Virus record (IMG/VR): IMGVR_UViG_3300029822_000012
Location: 1 to 56,627 of that record
Direction: 5' to 3' (one strand)
Origin: a virus
Lineage: Duplodnaviria > Caudoviricetes
DNA length: 56,627 nucleotides
This document shows, in pieces, positions 13,101 to 21,415 of this stretch. The stretch's first letter is position 1. The number at the start of each line of letters is the position of its first letter. Under the pieces are notes generated by a model, which saw only the letters and a program-made list of their open reading frames with translations, did no database searches and had not been told where the DNA came from. Position numbers and translations under genes: made by a program.

Positions 13101-16100
13101 ACTAAGGCAAGTAGAAGGTCGTGGATGGAGGCAGGGTAACACTTGGCAGAATATCAGGGTAAACTACATGCTGACCAATGATAGCGTTGATATTTTCATG
13201 CTTCAGAGGCTTCAAATAAAACAAGGGCTCTACAACGAAGCAATGAGGCAGGGGGCAGAGACCATAGATGTAAGCGACATCAATACAGAAGAGCTAAAGA
13301 ACGCGCTTATAACCAATCCCGAAACACGTGCAGACCTTGAGATAACAGTCGAGAGGAACAGGCTCGAAGCAGAAAAAGAGCGTATAAATGCCGACCTGGC
13401 ATTTATATTGAGGAAGCACAAAAAGTTCAACGAGTTACGGTCAACGGTTGATCAAAAGAGGGAGAGTGTTAGAAATTACGAGAAAAACGCGGAAAAAGAC
13501 AGCTGGTGGAACGGGTATGTTGAAAGAGAAAAAAGGAACCTGTTAAAATACGAGAATGATCTTCAAGAGGAAAAGTTGAACATAGAGAAAAAGGGTGTTA
13601 ACGTTGATGATATTGATAATCAAATTGAAAAATCAAATGCTCAAATACAATCCCTCGACAATGAGATAGAAGGATTAAAAGATGAATACACCAAGCTGGT
13701 AGATAAGTATAGGAAAGAGAGAGAAGAGCTCTCAAAAGAGAGTGGTAACCTTCTTGAAAGCCACCTACAAGAGAGAGCCAATGAAAACAAAGGAGGATTC
13801 TATGAAAAAAGAGACAACACACTCTTCCGCTCTAATGATTCTCGTGAAGCTTATGCTGAAAGAGAGTGGAATCGAGCAAAGAATGCAGCAAATGAAATAG
13901 CTTCCCGTTTGGGTGTAGAGATTGATATCCTCGAAACCACCGATGGGCTTACCGGAAAGAAAGCGGAAGCCAAGGGATGGTATGATCCTGAGACGGGGAA
14001 GATAGTCATCGTAATGCCAAACCATAGGAGTTCAGGTGATGTTCAAGCCACATTGCTACATGAGACGGTGGGGCATCATGGCTTACGTGAGCTGTTTGGT
14101 GAACACTTTGACACTTTCTTGGATAATGTGTTCAACAATGCTGACGAGGGCATCCAGAGAGCCATACGCAATATAGAAAAAGAGCAGAGGCTTGACAGAA
14201 GAACCGCCACGGAAGAATACCTTTCGTGGTTAGCAGAAGACGGCAGCCTTCTGGAAGGGGATGGAATGAGAAGCTGGTTCGGCAAGGTAAAGCAATTCTT
14301 CCTCGATATGTTGGCCAAGGTAGGGATAAATCTTGATTTCAGGTTATCGGATAATGAATTACGATATATCCTTTGGCGAAGTTACCAGAACTTGGCAAAT
14401 CCGGGAAGGTACAAGACCCCCTCGGATCAGGCAAGGGATTCAGCGATGCAATCAGAGCTTAAAGTGGGGAGTTTTGCGGAAGTAGAACATATCGAGAATG
14501 AGGTAGCAGATCTAAGATTCCGAATGACGCAACCTCCACGGAATGTTTCAGAAGCCGCAGAAGCCGCAAATTCAAGCATGACCGAGCAATTAAGACAGGA
14601 GTACGACAGGAAGTACAGCAAGTTTGCCACACGATTCCGAGAGGCATGGGAAGACATGTATCTTCCGGTTAAACAATTCTTGGATGTATTAAGAGGGAAC
14701 GGTATTGAAGTTGCAGAGTATAACGACTTCTATAAGCAAGCTACAGCACTGTCAGGTAAGAATGATGCACAACTGGATCATTTCAGAAAGGCATTCCAAA
14801 AACCAATTACAGAGCAAATAAGCAACCTTGAAAAGCTCGGTTTCGAGTACCGAGATATAGAGAACTATGTTTTTGCCAAACATGGACTTGAACGTAATGA
14901 CTTCATGGCAAAACAGGAAGCAAGAGATCGCTATGCAAAAGACATTCAGGACCTGCAAAAAGACTACAAGGATGGCAAGATCGGTGAGGAAGAGCTTGAA
15001 ATGGGCATAGATGCTATAAATCTACAGATAGAAGATCGTTATGAGCATCTTTTGGAGACAAAGGACTATTCAGGTATAACAGCACTTGAAGAAGAATTTG
15101 ACAAGACAGCTGAAGAGTACATAACTGAATTTGAACAAAAAGCCGAAGAAGAAAACATAGCCAAGTTATGGGATGCAATCAAAAAAGCAACCGATTACAC
15201 GCTTGAAAGGCAGTACAAGTCCGGAATGATCAAGAAGGAAACCTTGGATGAGCTTAGATCGAGGTATGATAACTATGTTCCATTACGCGGACATGATGAA
15301 ACAACAGCAGAGGATCGTTGGGATTATACACCCGATATGGGTACATATTTCTCCGCTCCACTGTTGAAAGCACACGGTAGAAGATCAAGGGCAGAGAGTC
15401 CATTTGCATACATAGAGCAGATGGCCCACTCGGCTATTACATGGGGAAATAAGAATGATCTTAAACAGACGATGCTGAGACTGGCACGCACTGACACAAA
15501 AGGTTTAATGAGTGCTTCCCAAACATGGTACCGAAACATGGGAACCAAGGAGGATCCGAGATGGGAACAGGTTAGTGCCGAATACAACGAGAATGTAGAT
15601 CAATACCTGCAAAATCAGCGTGACTTTGAAGAGCAAATGCGAGAGCTTCATGCAGAGGGAATGGCATTCCAAAGTGGTGCGAGAAAACTTGATATCGGAG
15701 GAATATTTATCAAGCCAAAACAGGCAGAGCAGCATGAGCTGCGTGTGTACCAGAACGGAACAAGTTACACTGTTTACATTAACGCTAACCCCGCGGTTGC
15801 ACAGGCAATAAACGGATCTAACAGGAAAGATAAATCGAAGAGTTTAGGCGCATTTAGCACTGTTACACGAAACATGGCCGCGAACTTCACTACTCGCAAT
15901 CCACTTTTCGTGATGACTAACTTATCGAGAGACTACATTTTCGCATCATCCATATTAACAGTAAAAGAGTCTCCGGCTTATGCAGTTAAGTTTCAAAGGA
16001 ACATTCCTAACGCAATGGGGTCATTGCAGAGATACGTAAGAGGTAAGCTCGATATGACTAACCCGAACGATGTAATGATGTATGAATACATTATGAATGG

Positions 16101-17535
16101 AGCCAAAACCGGTTTCTCCAGCATCTTCGAGCTTGATAGGGTTGCAAAGAAGCTGAAGCGTGAAGCCGAAAAAGGGAACAAGAAAAAAAGTGCTCTTGAT
16201 TACGGGAGAAATGTTCTTGATGTTGTGGATTCATTAAACGAAATAGCAGAAAACATGAGCAGACTTTCGGTTTACATAACATCAAGGAAGGAGGGTAGAT
16301 CAATTACACAGTCAGTGCATGATGCAAAGAACGTAACAGTCAACTTCAACCAGAAGGGCGCAGGTAGGAGTGCGGCAAAGAACAGGTTTGAAGCATTCAT
16401 ATTTAATGCTTCAAGTTATGTGAGGCCTCTTTACCTATTTAGTAATGCAGCTATACAATCATTGAGCAATTTCTCAAAGGTCGCAGTCAAGAACCCTAAA
16501 GGAATGTCAGCACTTGTAGCCTCTTATGCACTTAGTGGATTTATTGCACCGTTCCTTGCAGGGTTAATAGGTGGTGATGATGGAAAAGAGGACTACATGA
16601 AGCTATCGGACTGGGAGAGACAAAACAACTGGTGTATTTGGCTTCCAAATGGATTTGTAAAAATACCTCTTCCCCATGAGTTGAGGGTTTTCCACAGAAT
16701 GGGTGACAATATCTACCAAGCTGCATTCGAAAACAGAGACATTTTCCAAACACTACTCGATGTTTCCATGGGATTTAGCGACTTGCTACCTGTCAATCCT
16801 TTGGGAGCCACGGATGCGAGCTGGGCAGAACTTGCACCAGATGCTATCAGACCATTCGTTCAACTCGTACCCAATACCAATTTCATGGGAAGCAGGATAT
16901 ATGATAAATGGGCAAGGAAGCACGCACCCGGATACCAAAAGGTTAGAACAAACAAAAAAGGAGAACCTTATGCACCAAAAGCATTAATAGGTATATCGAA
17001 ATGGATAGACAACACTACCGGTGGTGATGGGGTTAAGAAAGGCGTTATCAGCCCTCCTAATCCAGATATAGTGCATCATTTAGCAAGAGGGTACTTCGGT
17101 GGCTTGTATACATTAGCAGAACAAGGGATTAATATTATCGCGCAAGCATACAGCTGGACGCAAACAGGGGATCTTGATCTAAAGATAAGGCAAACACCAC
17201 TTCGCACCTTCTATGCAGATGCAAACGACTTGAATATACAAGGAAGCGGACTAAATAGTAGGTACTGGAAAGTAACAGATGATATTCTTAAAAGCAGAGG
17301 ACTAATCAAAGGCTATTCCGATCAGCTCGTGAATGGCGAAATAACGCATGATGCATTTCAAGAAAAGATAAAGGGCTTGAATGTTCCGCTTGTTAACGAG
17401 ATTAACGACTACATTAAAACAATAAGAAAATACGAGAATGCATTGAAGGAGATGAATTCAGACGAGCAGAAAGAAGCGGAGAGAATCATTTCAGACCTTA
17501 AAAAAACAGTTATAGAGTTGGGAAATGGAATTTAA
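4120..17535 (+). CDS. Giant DarB-like polyvalent protein (ParB-like, inorganic pyrophosphatase-like, N6-adenine methyltransferase, SNF2 helicase, metallopeptidase, LPD38-like domains)
   Basis: 4471 aa; VVLSGNDR; GNYRKGHV..DGDQIDVF; ALEPSVGIGNF and GNPPYG; AHEVGFGKT, DEIH, LSATP, QVEGRGWRQGN; LLHETVGHHGL. Confidence 0.88.
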   Translation: MPIYESNGKRYSIPEDKVNDFLKAREGAKLVDETPFYLSNQQPQGVSKPAVKQPQQPNVTVQEEPQESTIDMSNLFSKHVARGNAFDNVEGGISLRDTAKVGHLGRSNNQGGIPDAMKDAYQNYKSGEQFKSSIQDQLEAYRIDNQGKLQDRYKDLQAREQEYERTKSGFQKLATAGSARMSDRALIQLDEDYSNYKFASDYINEAQQLISNVQDEKGILKGVGDAIFDYDTWILGIENTRKNAYTNTAIQKLERGEELTDSENALLDAMALNLAASAYYGSDLKRQYNWGQIAGESLPFMMEFILNPFAKMGKGVGKAIAKYGIKRFGKKGAGALATRVGGSLASDIVGASAMVGTTGLPRTFGDAASRHSGDAYYDVDEEGKIVFGGTEGAVDPLEAITNAFLSQGIEYFSEMTGERFSEVGRLIGRSPALKGIKATGFGRAMTKFNRSPVVRELRGLEKRGQWSGLIGEWYEERVGTMLNSLFVGDSHLSDLYDLEQQVDTFMGLSLTGGLMGGIRTTGYAADRAQSAKKLRRTDRTASSLFPNWDKMKSQIEGMTLAERKASILDIAISKDIPGPAKAAYTDYVGAKNYQDVLSGIKEESNKEELIDTRQRINQLVNTAVNPQTNSIIIANVPGAKEVRLYGDIVLNEDGTINEIDSGSVFYTAEDGKRHVVSPKFVEILENTPADQAKEETLNIVTEEIANRQANEAVRPYEIGEVVTFSTDGKTSLLGQVSGQNKDGTYHIAVDGMPEPLAIEPRMIIPEDNIRGIENGMQVQYRDQEGNIHTGIVNDAFGLRQQGLIDIDGNMVPTTDIIPIDEMTDIEAENEASPIAEADNMQAEVEETEQNDTTPEQQAEIQAQLQAEQEKQAFMDSLPVFEKGKNQGEIDQSRMTPEQNVQYFEYTYGKEKALQAAEKQVDNLKKRLKSERTKLDNDPFNIKQNQKVEDIQTQLDAYSNYVNQEKQRLTEENIKSTPKSSIAEDRQARSEDIRQEEAGATGQADQSIIEKWSNAEKIEGIEDVITLSNGEKIEGRYVLTTADAPSPSHDIERNFAKTVGFPVNEQGNTVNDRDYEADLTAQTLVQQRANNYDERAVQTPVVVSQDGVVLSGNDRTMAGQIAAINGTDGAYTSYIERYANRWGFTPEQVQSVQNPRIVFVPNNPMPYNTATFAKFNAEEKKTQNSLEAAIKASKSISREVVIPLAETIENFDKLTDFYSSAPAIKKTIDALLQNGVIQPNELPRLMDGNLLSAEGKSFLETIMLGSVLGEQALREVDQMRSVRQTLMRTMPQLFRNSSLKEYSLMGELNNAIHLLYEAKQNGSTITLHLKQGNLFELSAEEVYSETEKLLSLMLEGEKDTTFRNIFEAFNKKAVSIESGQVDLFDGIMEKPDLLKQILEIYGQQETESSEQAESPDGIDSRSEERREEQRPEEQSTDEGTGQQQEVEEPDSYIQKTVNRWVDLYEKGEYEEIFDDVVFNNVDANRPYIKPFEERVGITIPDISTKKKKRDFIKSLREKPIINIVEHANNVVKNEEIRVEADKTDTKPSEAQKKAGNYRKGHVNIQGFDITIENPAGSVRSGVNQDGTEWSNTMQNHYGYFKRTNGKDGDQIDVFVGNKPESNHIFVVDQINTETKEFDESKVMLGFDTLQEAKDAYLSNYEEGWQGLGSITTVDVDTFKEWAKDRKSQRKPFSEYRDVQSKQVPKEYGAENKGVTTEQYEELKQRMRGLLNNLNVGFNPEIFTIGAQMAAYHMEAGARKFADYATRMINDLGENVKPYLKSFYEGVRAMGNEYEGMDSYKYVKDFDVESLGKEVQKKTEEKQTDNKKDDVPLRKGPQQGSLFDNVNTEEDGSRQQTNTRADNRQSESDRGRLPESEQVPEQGVSSEDASRTGESERMLTESGSGQPRTRHEHDVSREYSNEEIHGIVSSVTEIKDGKVEITGEITDDIKTIAGRYKSGGVAKEGRGVLDEYYTSERIVDAVAEILSKYIKPNTNTRALEPSVGIGNFIDALPNKGEIVSFEINETTARIAKILHPNIEVNLRPFETEFIDEKGNKKPMPSKYDIVVGNPPYGQHRGKYKGLGEESRISRYEDYFVKRGLDVLNENGILAMVLPSGWMNRNKLENGYRILDAYRLPTGVFEGTDIGTDIVVLQKDSKHKSKENHNYFDSNPANILGETKERKNRFGRMEEYVDGDIDSAMDALRQNEAKKIASDLHIEPTRDNVNEIDEAVKEATTSDGAKKVVRATRAKKSTATAPESGKIVITPSQLKYEFKRGDEVVPAADQFPNKFSKEESDAFRDTDYSGVFKNPEKHRRYANYYAGKWMHDFYYAEGNIYDRLEQLERDRDNISKEQYDKQRQMLQDVLPDQKTLGEININPNTAFVKNLNLPSSESEKKSLQDRFLEFAGNLPRDAFGSSNYWEVRSYVLNEQVYGQDKARNQLVRERRKRVGKDLFHKFLREELTDTQRKQVEYAFNREYNAVYRPDYAKVPMFSSIHKNFRGKPFELTEVQKAGIGRMTVKGVGVLAHEVGFGKTLSAILSMHEAMDRGYTKKPLIVVPNDSILKQWVETINDILPEATVNVLGNLGVKYNLDNFNVNDGEYTIVTYQGFKKLSFRNNVYDKLAQDFHYISDTDLDKQKSTRESEKEKADIQETVGKMQRQGSYSFEDAGFDYLTFDEIHNANHIVGKVQIDRKDHSDFRSQSQNTSDLGIKTWVAAQYIQQQNDGRNVLLLSATPFTNKPLEYYSILSLVANSTLKRMGFYQVDQFFETFMEADNDLEIAANGKAQQKTNVRRFRNNGLFNQLLGEYIDIKGEQDNPDLVRPERINKEYKIPQNNLTQDALAQAQALLEDGETVLSGLTQSRLIAFSPYASYLSNESPQSHKEFVENSPKIHGTIKLIEQNRKDNAGAGQIVYSELGVDFFPYIRDYLINESKFKASEVAIIAGSTSATERTRIQSEFNKGAIKVILGSPAIKEGMNLQENTTDMYILSLPYNFTQLRQVEGRGWRQGNTWQNIRVNYMLTNDSVDIFMLQRLQIKQGLYNEAMRQGAETIDVSDINTEELKNALITNPETRADLEITVERNRLEAEKERINADLAFILRKHKKFNELRSTVDQKRESVRNYEKNAEKDSWWNGYVEREKRNLLKYENDLQEEKLNIEKKGVNVDDIDNQIEKSNAQIQSLDNEIEGLKDEYTKLVDKYRKEREELSKESGNLLESHLQERANENKGGFYEKRDNTLFRSNDSREAYAEREWNRAKNAANEIASRLGVEIDILETTDGLTGKKAEAKGWYDPETGKIVIVMPNHRSSGDVQATLLHETVGHHGLRELFGEHFDTFLDNVFNNADEGIQRAIRNIEKEQRLDRRTATEEYLSWLAEDGSLLEGDGMRSWFGKVKQFFLDMLAKVGINLDFRLSDNELRYILWRSYQNLANPGRYKTPSDQARDSAMQSELKVGSFAEVEHIENEVADLRFRMTQPPRNVSEAAEAANSSMTEQLRQEYDRKYSKFATRFREAWEDMYLPVKQFLDVLRGNGIEVAEYNDFYKQATALSGKNDAQLDHFRKAFQKPITEQISNLEKLGFEYRDIENYVFAKHGLERNDFMAKQEARDRYAKDIQDLQKDYKDGKIGEEELEMGIDAINLQIEDRYEHLLETKDYSGITALEEEFDKTAEEYITEFEQKAEEENIAKLWDAIKKATDYTLERQYKSGMIKKETLDELRSRYDNYVPLRGHDETTAEDRWDYTPDMGTYFSAPLLKAHGRRSRAESPFAYIEQMAHSAITWGNKNDLKQTMLRLARTDTKGLMSASQTWYRNMGTKEDPRWEQVSAEYNENVDQYLQNQRDFEEQMRELHAEGMAFQSGARKLDIGGIFIKPKQAEQHELRVYQNGTSYTVYINANPAVAQAINGSNRKDKSKSLGAFSTVTRNMAANFTTRNPLFVMTNLSRDYIFASSILTVKESPAYAVKFQRNIPNAMGSLQRYVRGKLDMTNPNDVMMYEYIMNGAKTGFSSIFELDRVAKKLKREAEKGNKKKSALDYGRNVLDVVDSLNEIAENMSRLSVYITSRKEGRSITQSVHDAKNVTVNFNQKGAGRSAAKNRFEAFIFNASSYVRPLYLFSNAAIQSLSNFSKVAVKNPKGMSALVASYALSGFIAPFLAGLIGGDDGKEDYMKLSDWERQNNWCIWLPNGFVKIPLPHELRVFHRMGDNIYQAAFENRDIFQTLLDVSMGFSDLLPVNPLGATDASWAELAPDAIRPFVQLVPNTNFMGSRIYDKWARKHAPGYQKVRTNKKGEPYAPKALIGISKWIDNTTGGDGVKKGVISPPNPDIVHHLARGYFGGLYTLAEQGINIIAQAYSWTQTGDLDLKIRQTPLRTFYADANDLNIQGSGLNSRYWKVTDDILKSRGLIKGYSDQLVNGEITHDAFQEKIKGLNVPLVNEINDYIKTIRKYENALKEMNSDEQKEAERIISDLKKTVIELGNGI

Positions 17536-17575
17536 TGCAAACAACCAATAATCAGTTATAACACAATTATATTTG
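17532..17575 (+). promoter_or_regulatory. Putative phage late promoter (portal operon)
   Basis: TTAA-N2-CAAACAACCAATA-N22-TTG, ending in a canonical Bacteroidota -7 box TATATTTG. Confidence 0.6.
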
Positions 17576-17579
17576 CGAT

Positions 17580-19577
17580 ATGGCAAAACGCAAGGCAAAC
17601 ATAAATTTAGCGAAGAAGCTGTTTCCAAAGGAAGCGGCTATAGATACCGTAAGGGATGCTAAGAAATGGGGCAACCAAAGGATTGATGTCGTTAAAGATG
17701 CATTCGCTGCATGGCACGCTCTTGAACCTCTTAGAGAGCAAGAAAAGCGGAATGAAAGGTACGTTTTTGGTGATCAGTGGGGAGATAAGATGAAAAAAGG
17801 TGGCAAGACAATGACCGAGCGAGCCAACATCATTAATCAGGGTAATGCTCCACTTCAAAACAACCGTATCCGGAAGATTACACGAACAGTGGTAGGGCAA
17901 TTCCAAAACAACCAGACAGAGCCTGTATGTATCGCGCGTGAGCGTGATGAACAGGAGAAGGGAGAGATGATGTCTAATGCCATCCAGTATGTTTACCAGA
18001 CAAACAAGTTGTGGAACCTTGACGGCCTTGCATTATACAATATGCTGATATCAGGTATTCCTGTAAATAGAAGCGAGTGGGGAAGGCGTGAAGATCGGTG
18101 GGATGTTTGGAGCGACCTTGTAAACCTCGAGAGATTTTTTGTTGACAACAACATGAAAGATCCAAGAGGATTTGACTGCAACCTCGTGGGGATGCTGCAC
18201 GATATGAGTTTAAATGATGTTCTTGCCAAGTTTGCATCGTCAACAGACGACAGGGATAAGATATTAGGATTCTACGGAGGATTGGGGATCCAAAGAGGAT
18301 TTGATGAATTTACAAGTCGTTTCACGAAAGATAGGTCAGACCTTAATTTCTTCATTCCGGAAAACAACTCGTGTCGTGTAATTGAAGTGTGGCGAAAAGA
18401 AAGCAAGGAAAGGATCGAGTATTGGGATACATACACGGGAGACTATCATAAGGCCGAGCTGTCTTACGTTGATACTATTCGCAGGGAAAACGAGCAAAGA
18501 AGAATAGATCAAGCTGCAAATGGAGTCGCACCGGAGGATATGAGGCTAATAAAATACAGGTGGTTCGTGGATAACTACTGGTATTTCTATTTCCTTACTC
18601 CTCACGGAGAGGTCTTAAAAGAAGGAGAGACGCCGTTCTGGCACAAAACGCATCCATTCACGTTCAAGATGTACCCGTTCTATAACGGCAGGGTGTACCC
18701 GTTTGTTGGTGATTTCATTGATCAGCAGCGGTACATCAACCGCTATATGATGCTTTACGACTTTATAGTTCGTAATTCTGCAAAAGGTGTGCTCGTGGCT
18801 CCACGTGAATTGCTTGACGAATACACGCAAGAAATGATTCGTGACGAGTGGACGCGCGTGGACGGTATTATCTTGTACAATGCGTCGGCGTTGCAAAAAT
18901 TACCAAACGCTAAGATCGAGCAGATTAAGAACGCGAGTGTACCGGTTGGAATAACCGAAATGATTGCAATGCAGACACAAATGATGGAAGAAGTATCAGG
19001 TGTATCCGGTGCACTTATGGGGCAAGAAGCAAAGTCCGGAACGCCATCATCACTATACCTACAACAGAGCCAAAACTCATCTACATCGCTTACCGAGATC
19101 TTTGAGTCATTCAGGGAGTTCAGGGAGTCGAGAGATATGAAAAACATGAAGCTCATCCAACAATATTATACCACTGAAAGGCATATTAATATCAGTGGAG
19201 CGGATTCTAACTCAAAGTCCATAACCTATACCCCAGAGCTTGTAAGAGATACAGAGTTTGACCTAACGATTACTGAAAGTACATCAACGGCATCATACAG
19301 GCAGATAATAAATGACATGCTACTGCAATTCTGGCAAGCAGGCGCGATTAACTTGAAGCAGATGCTTGAGAATGGTGCATTCCCATTCGCAGATAAACTT
19401 CTGCAATCCATAGAGACGGAAAATCAGCAAATGGAGGAAGCCATGACAGAACAAGGGCAGTTAAATGGACAACATTTGCCACAGATTGATCCGGAAGTAG
19501 CAAATCAAGTATATGCAAACGCCAATCCTCAAGCTATGGCAATGTTGAATCAAGGAATTAATAGACAATCAGCATGA
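17580..19577 (+). CDS. Portal protein (P22-like)
   Basis: 665 aa; YVFGDQW, NRIRK..VVG, FIDQQRYIN, EEVSGVSGALMG..SG motifs; Q-rich tail. Confidence 0.85.
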   Translation: MAKRKANINLAKKLFPKEAAIDTVRDAKKWGNQRIDVVKDAFAAWHALEPLREQEKRNERYVFGDQWGDKMKKGGKTMTERANIINQGNAPLQNNRIRKITRTVVGQFQNNQTEPVCIARERDEQEKGEMMSNAIQYVYQTNKLWNLDGLALYNMLISGIPVNRSEWGRREDRWDVWSDLVNLERFFVDNNMKDPRGFDCNLVGMLHDMSLNDVLAKFASSTDDRDKILGFYGGLGIQRGFDEFTSRFTKDRSDLNFFIPENNSCRVIEVWRKESKERIEYWDTYTGDYHKAELSYVDTIRRENEQRRIDQAANGVAPEDMRLIKYRWFVDNYWYFYFLTPHGEVLKEGETPFWHKTHPFTFKMYPFYNGRVYPFVGDFIDQQRYINRYMMLYDFIVRNSAKGVLVAPRELLDEYTQEMIRDEWTRVDGIILYNASALQKLPNAKIEQIKNASVPVGITEMIAMQTQMMEEVSGVSGALMGQEAKSGTPSSLYLQQSQNSSTSLTEIFESFREFRESRDMKNMKLIQQYYTTERHINISGADSNSKSITYTPELVRDTEFDLTITESTSTASYRQIINDMLLQFWQAGAINLKQMLENGAFPFADKLLQSIETENQQMEEAMTEQGQLNGQHLPQIDPEVANQVYANANPQAMAMLNQGINRQSA

Positions 19578-20092
19578 GTAAATTAGAACCAATATTAGTG
19601 CCGTACATGTTTTCCCACGATCATATAATGACCGCAGTCAAACAAGAGTCATCATTGTATGCAGAAAGGAAGCGATCAGAAACAGGTGATGTATTGTTCG
19701 ATGAGCTTGTTTTCGACGAAGAGTATTTAACTAAATTCAGGGAGTTGTTTTTTGATGCACAGGCGAATGTTCTTGATAGGTATAGCCCTTACTTGAACTA
19801 TCTGCCTGATCCTCCTGTAGAAATATTCGAGGAAGCGGACTCGGAGAAAAATATCGACTTCACCTTTAGCTTGCTTATGCCATGTGACTACAATCATCAT
19901 TACAACAAAATGGTGAGCGTTAAGACACGAGAATACATTGAGGCATACATAATGTACCGATGGCTTGAAACAAAGGTACCGCAAGAAGCAGCTATCTATA
20001 AAGATAGGGCAGATAGCGTGTTGATTGATGCACGTGCTTACCTTGAAAAGAGAATTGTCAGGAGACGAATGATCGCTGGAAATATGTTCTGA
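19574..20092 (+). CDS. Putative head-tail adaptor / hypothetical virion protein
   Basis: 172 aa, ATGA-coupled to portal. Confidence 0.5.
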   Translation: MSKLEPILVPYMFSHDHIMTAVKQESSLYAERKRSETGDVLFDELVFDEEYLTKFRELFFDAQANVLDRYSPYLNYLPDPPVEIFEEADSEKNIDFTFSLLMPCDYNHHYNKMVSVKTREYIEAYIMYRWLETKVPQEAAIYKDRADSVLIDARAYLEKRIVRRRMIAGNMF

Positions 20093-20567
20093 TAACCCAA
20101 AATAAGACACCAAGAGCGAATGAGATAACATGTACGAAGAAGTTGCTATTCTTCGAAAAAAGCGAAAATATCAACATTAACGCCAGTGAAGCGCAAAACA
20201 TTATCTTTTGTTCTTTCCTGGCGTTATTTCTTATCACAATAACAAGCAACATCCCAAACATTGCATAGATCATCCCGGAGCATCCAACAGTAGGTAGATC
20301 AGGAATAAAAAACAATGATGACACCAATGACGCCATGTAAATAACAGGAAGCAGGACATACCATTTAACACGCCTCTCCAAAGATCCAAAGCTATTTATA
20401 AACACGATTGAGTTTATGATCAGGTGAACCCACCCTGCGTGCTGAAAAGCAAACGTCAGATGGGTCCACCAAGGAGATGTTGCAGAAAAACCTAATGAAG
20501 TATCAGACAGGAGAAATACTGCAAAAAGTATTAATACAAACAGATATTTAACTATCACCTTTATCAT
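20058..20567 (-). CDS. Rhomboid family intramembrane serine protease
   Basis: About 6 hydrophobic segments; FQHAGWVHLIIN (HxxxxHxxxN), TVGCSG (GxSG catalytic Ser), NFFVH..G (catalytic His). Confidence 0.88.
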   Translation of the reverse strand: MIKVIVKYLFVLILFAVFLLSDTSLGFSATSPWWTHLTFAFQHAGWVHLIINSIVFINSFGSLERRVKWYVLLPVIYMASLVSSLFFIPDLPTVGCSGMIYAMFGMLLVIVIRNNARKEQKIMFCASLALMLIFSLFSKNSNFFVHVISFALGVLFWVIRTYFQRSFVS

Positions 20568-20823
20568 TGCACTTATTTTTGTACTCCTTGTATGCTTCGA
20601 GCATACTCATTGAACCGGTTTCTTGTTGAGCTTCTACCTCTATTTTATATAAAAACATTTGTCTTTCCAGTTCTCTCTCATATTGAATCTTTTGTTTTTT
20701 CAGCTCATTTTTATGAGCTTCTACTAAACTATCTATTTTACTTTGATAATATCTTTGAAGACTCTCCCTTTCAATGCCTTTCTTATTGAATACACTTTTA
20801 AACCAGCTTAATATTTGCTTCAT
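20548..20823 (-). CDS. Hypothetical coiled-coil protein
   Basis: 91 aa, amphipathic N-terminus, overlaps rhomboid start. Confidence 0.65.
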   Translation of the reverse strand: MKQILSWFKSVFNKKGIERESLQRYYQSKIDSLVEAHKNELKKQKIQYERELERQMFLYKIEVEAQQETGSMSMLEAYKEYKNKCNDKGDS

Positions 20824-20835
20824 AATTTAATAATT

Positions 20836-21234
20836 TTAATATGTTATGCTTTTGTTCATTAACTTGTAGTATAGGATTGTAGCGTAATCTTCGCTCAGAT
20901 AAAAACGCGGGGCGCCTTGCTTGAATATTTCTTTCGCATGCCATGATATTGATTTCCCGTTATTTTCGGATAGTGAAGTTTTATACCTGTTATAGATCTC
21001 ATTGTGTTTTTCTGCTATATGCGGTATTGATGATGGCACGTACCGGTCAGTGTTCATTTGCAGTATGAGCCATTTTATATACGCGACGGAAGTAAAGAAT
21101 GAAGAGCATTCGGTCGCCTCTGCCCTAACAGCTATATCTCTCGTGCTAATATATTCCTTCGCTTCACTTCTTATCTTTTCACAGATGTGAAAGAACTCTT
21201 CGTTTTTCTCTTTTTTGAGGAACAGCTTCGACAT
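20836..21234 (-). CDS. Hypothetical protein, possible DNA-binding regulator
   Basis: 132 aa with two similar halves (CSSFF.., APRFYLS..); first gene of antisense operon. Confidence 0.6.
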   Translation of the reverse strand: MSKLFLKKEKNEEFFHICEKIRSEAKEYISTRDIAVRAEATECSSFFTSVAYIKWLILQMNTDRYVPSSIPHIAEKHNEIYNRYKTSLSENNGKSISWHAKEIFKQGAPRFYLSEDYATILYYKLMNKSITY

Positions 21235-21305
21235 GATTGAAAAAATAATTGATTGCTTACCATCAAAGTAATAGAGTGTTGCTTAAACTTAAAATTAAAA
21301 CCTGC

Positions 21306-21313
21306 CAAAGATA
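21306..21313 (-). promoter_or_regulatory. Bacteroidota housekeeping -7 promoter box for rhomboid operon
   Basis: Minus strand TATCTTTG matches TAnnTTTG, about 70 nt before the 21234 start. Confidence 0.5.
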
Positions 21314-21332
21314 CTTACAGCAACCAATATAA

Positions 21333-21376
21333 TTAATCCTATCAACCGATTTAGCCCTTATTAATTGCTTTTTTTG
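21333..21376 (+). promoter_or_regulatory. Putative phage late promoter (scaffold/capsid operon)
   Basis: TTAA-N2-CTATCAACCGATT-N22-TTG. Confidence 0.65.
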
Positions 21377-21415
21377 TGTAGATATAAATTAATCTATCAT
21401 AACAAGTTATGCAAT

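Noticed and set aside
4239-16987. Many short alternative-frame and antisense ORFs inside the giant gene (and in other long genes)
   Set aside because: Shadow ORFs without motifs, fully overlapping well-supported CDSs.
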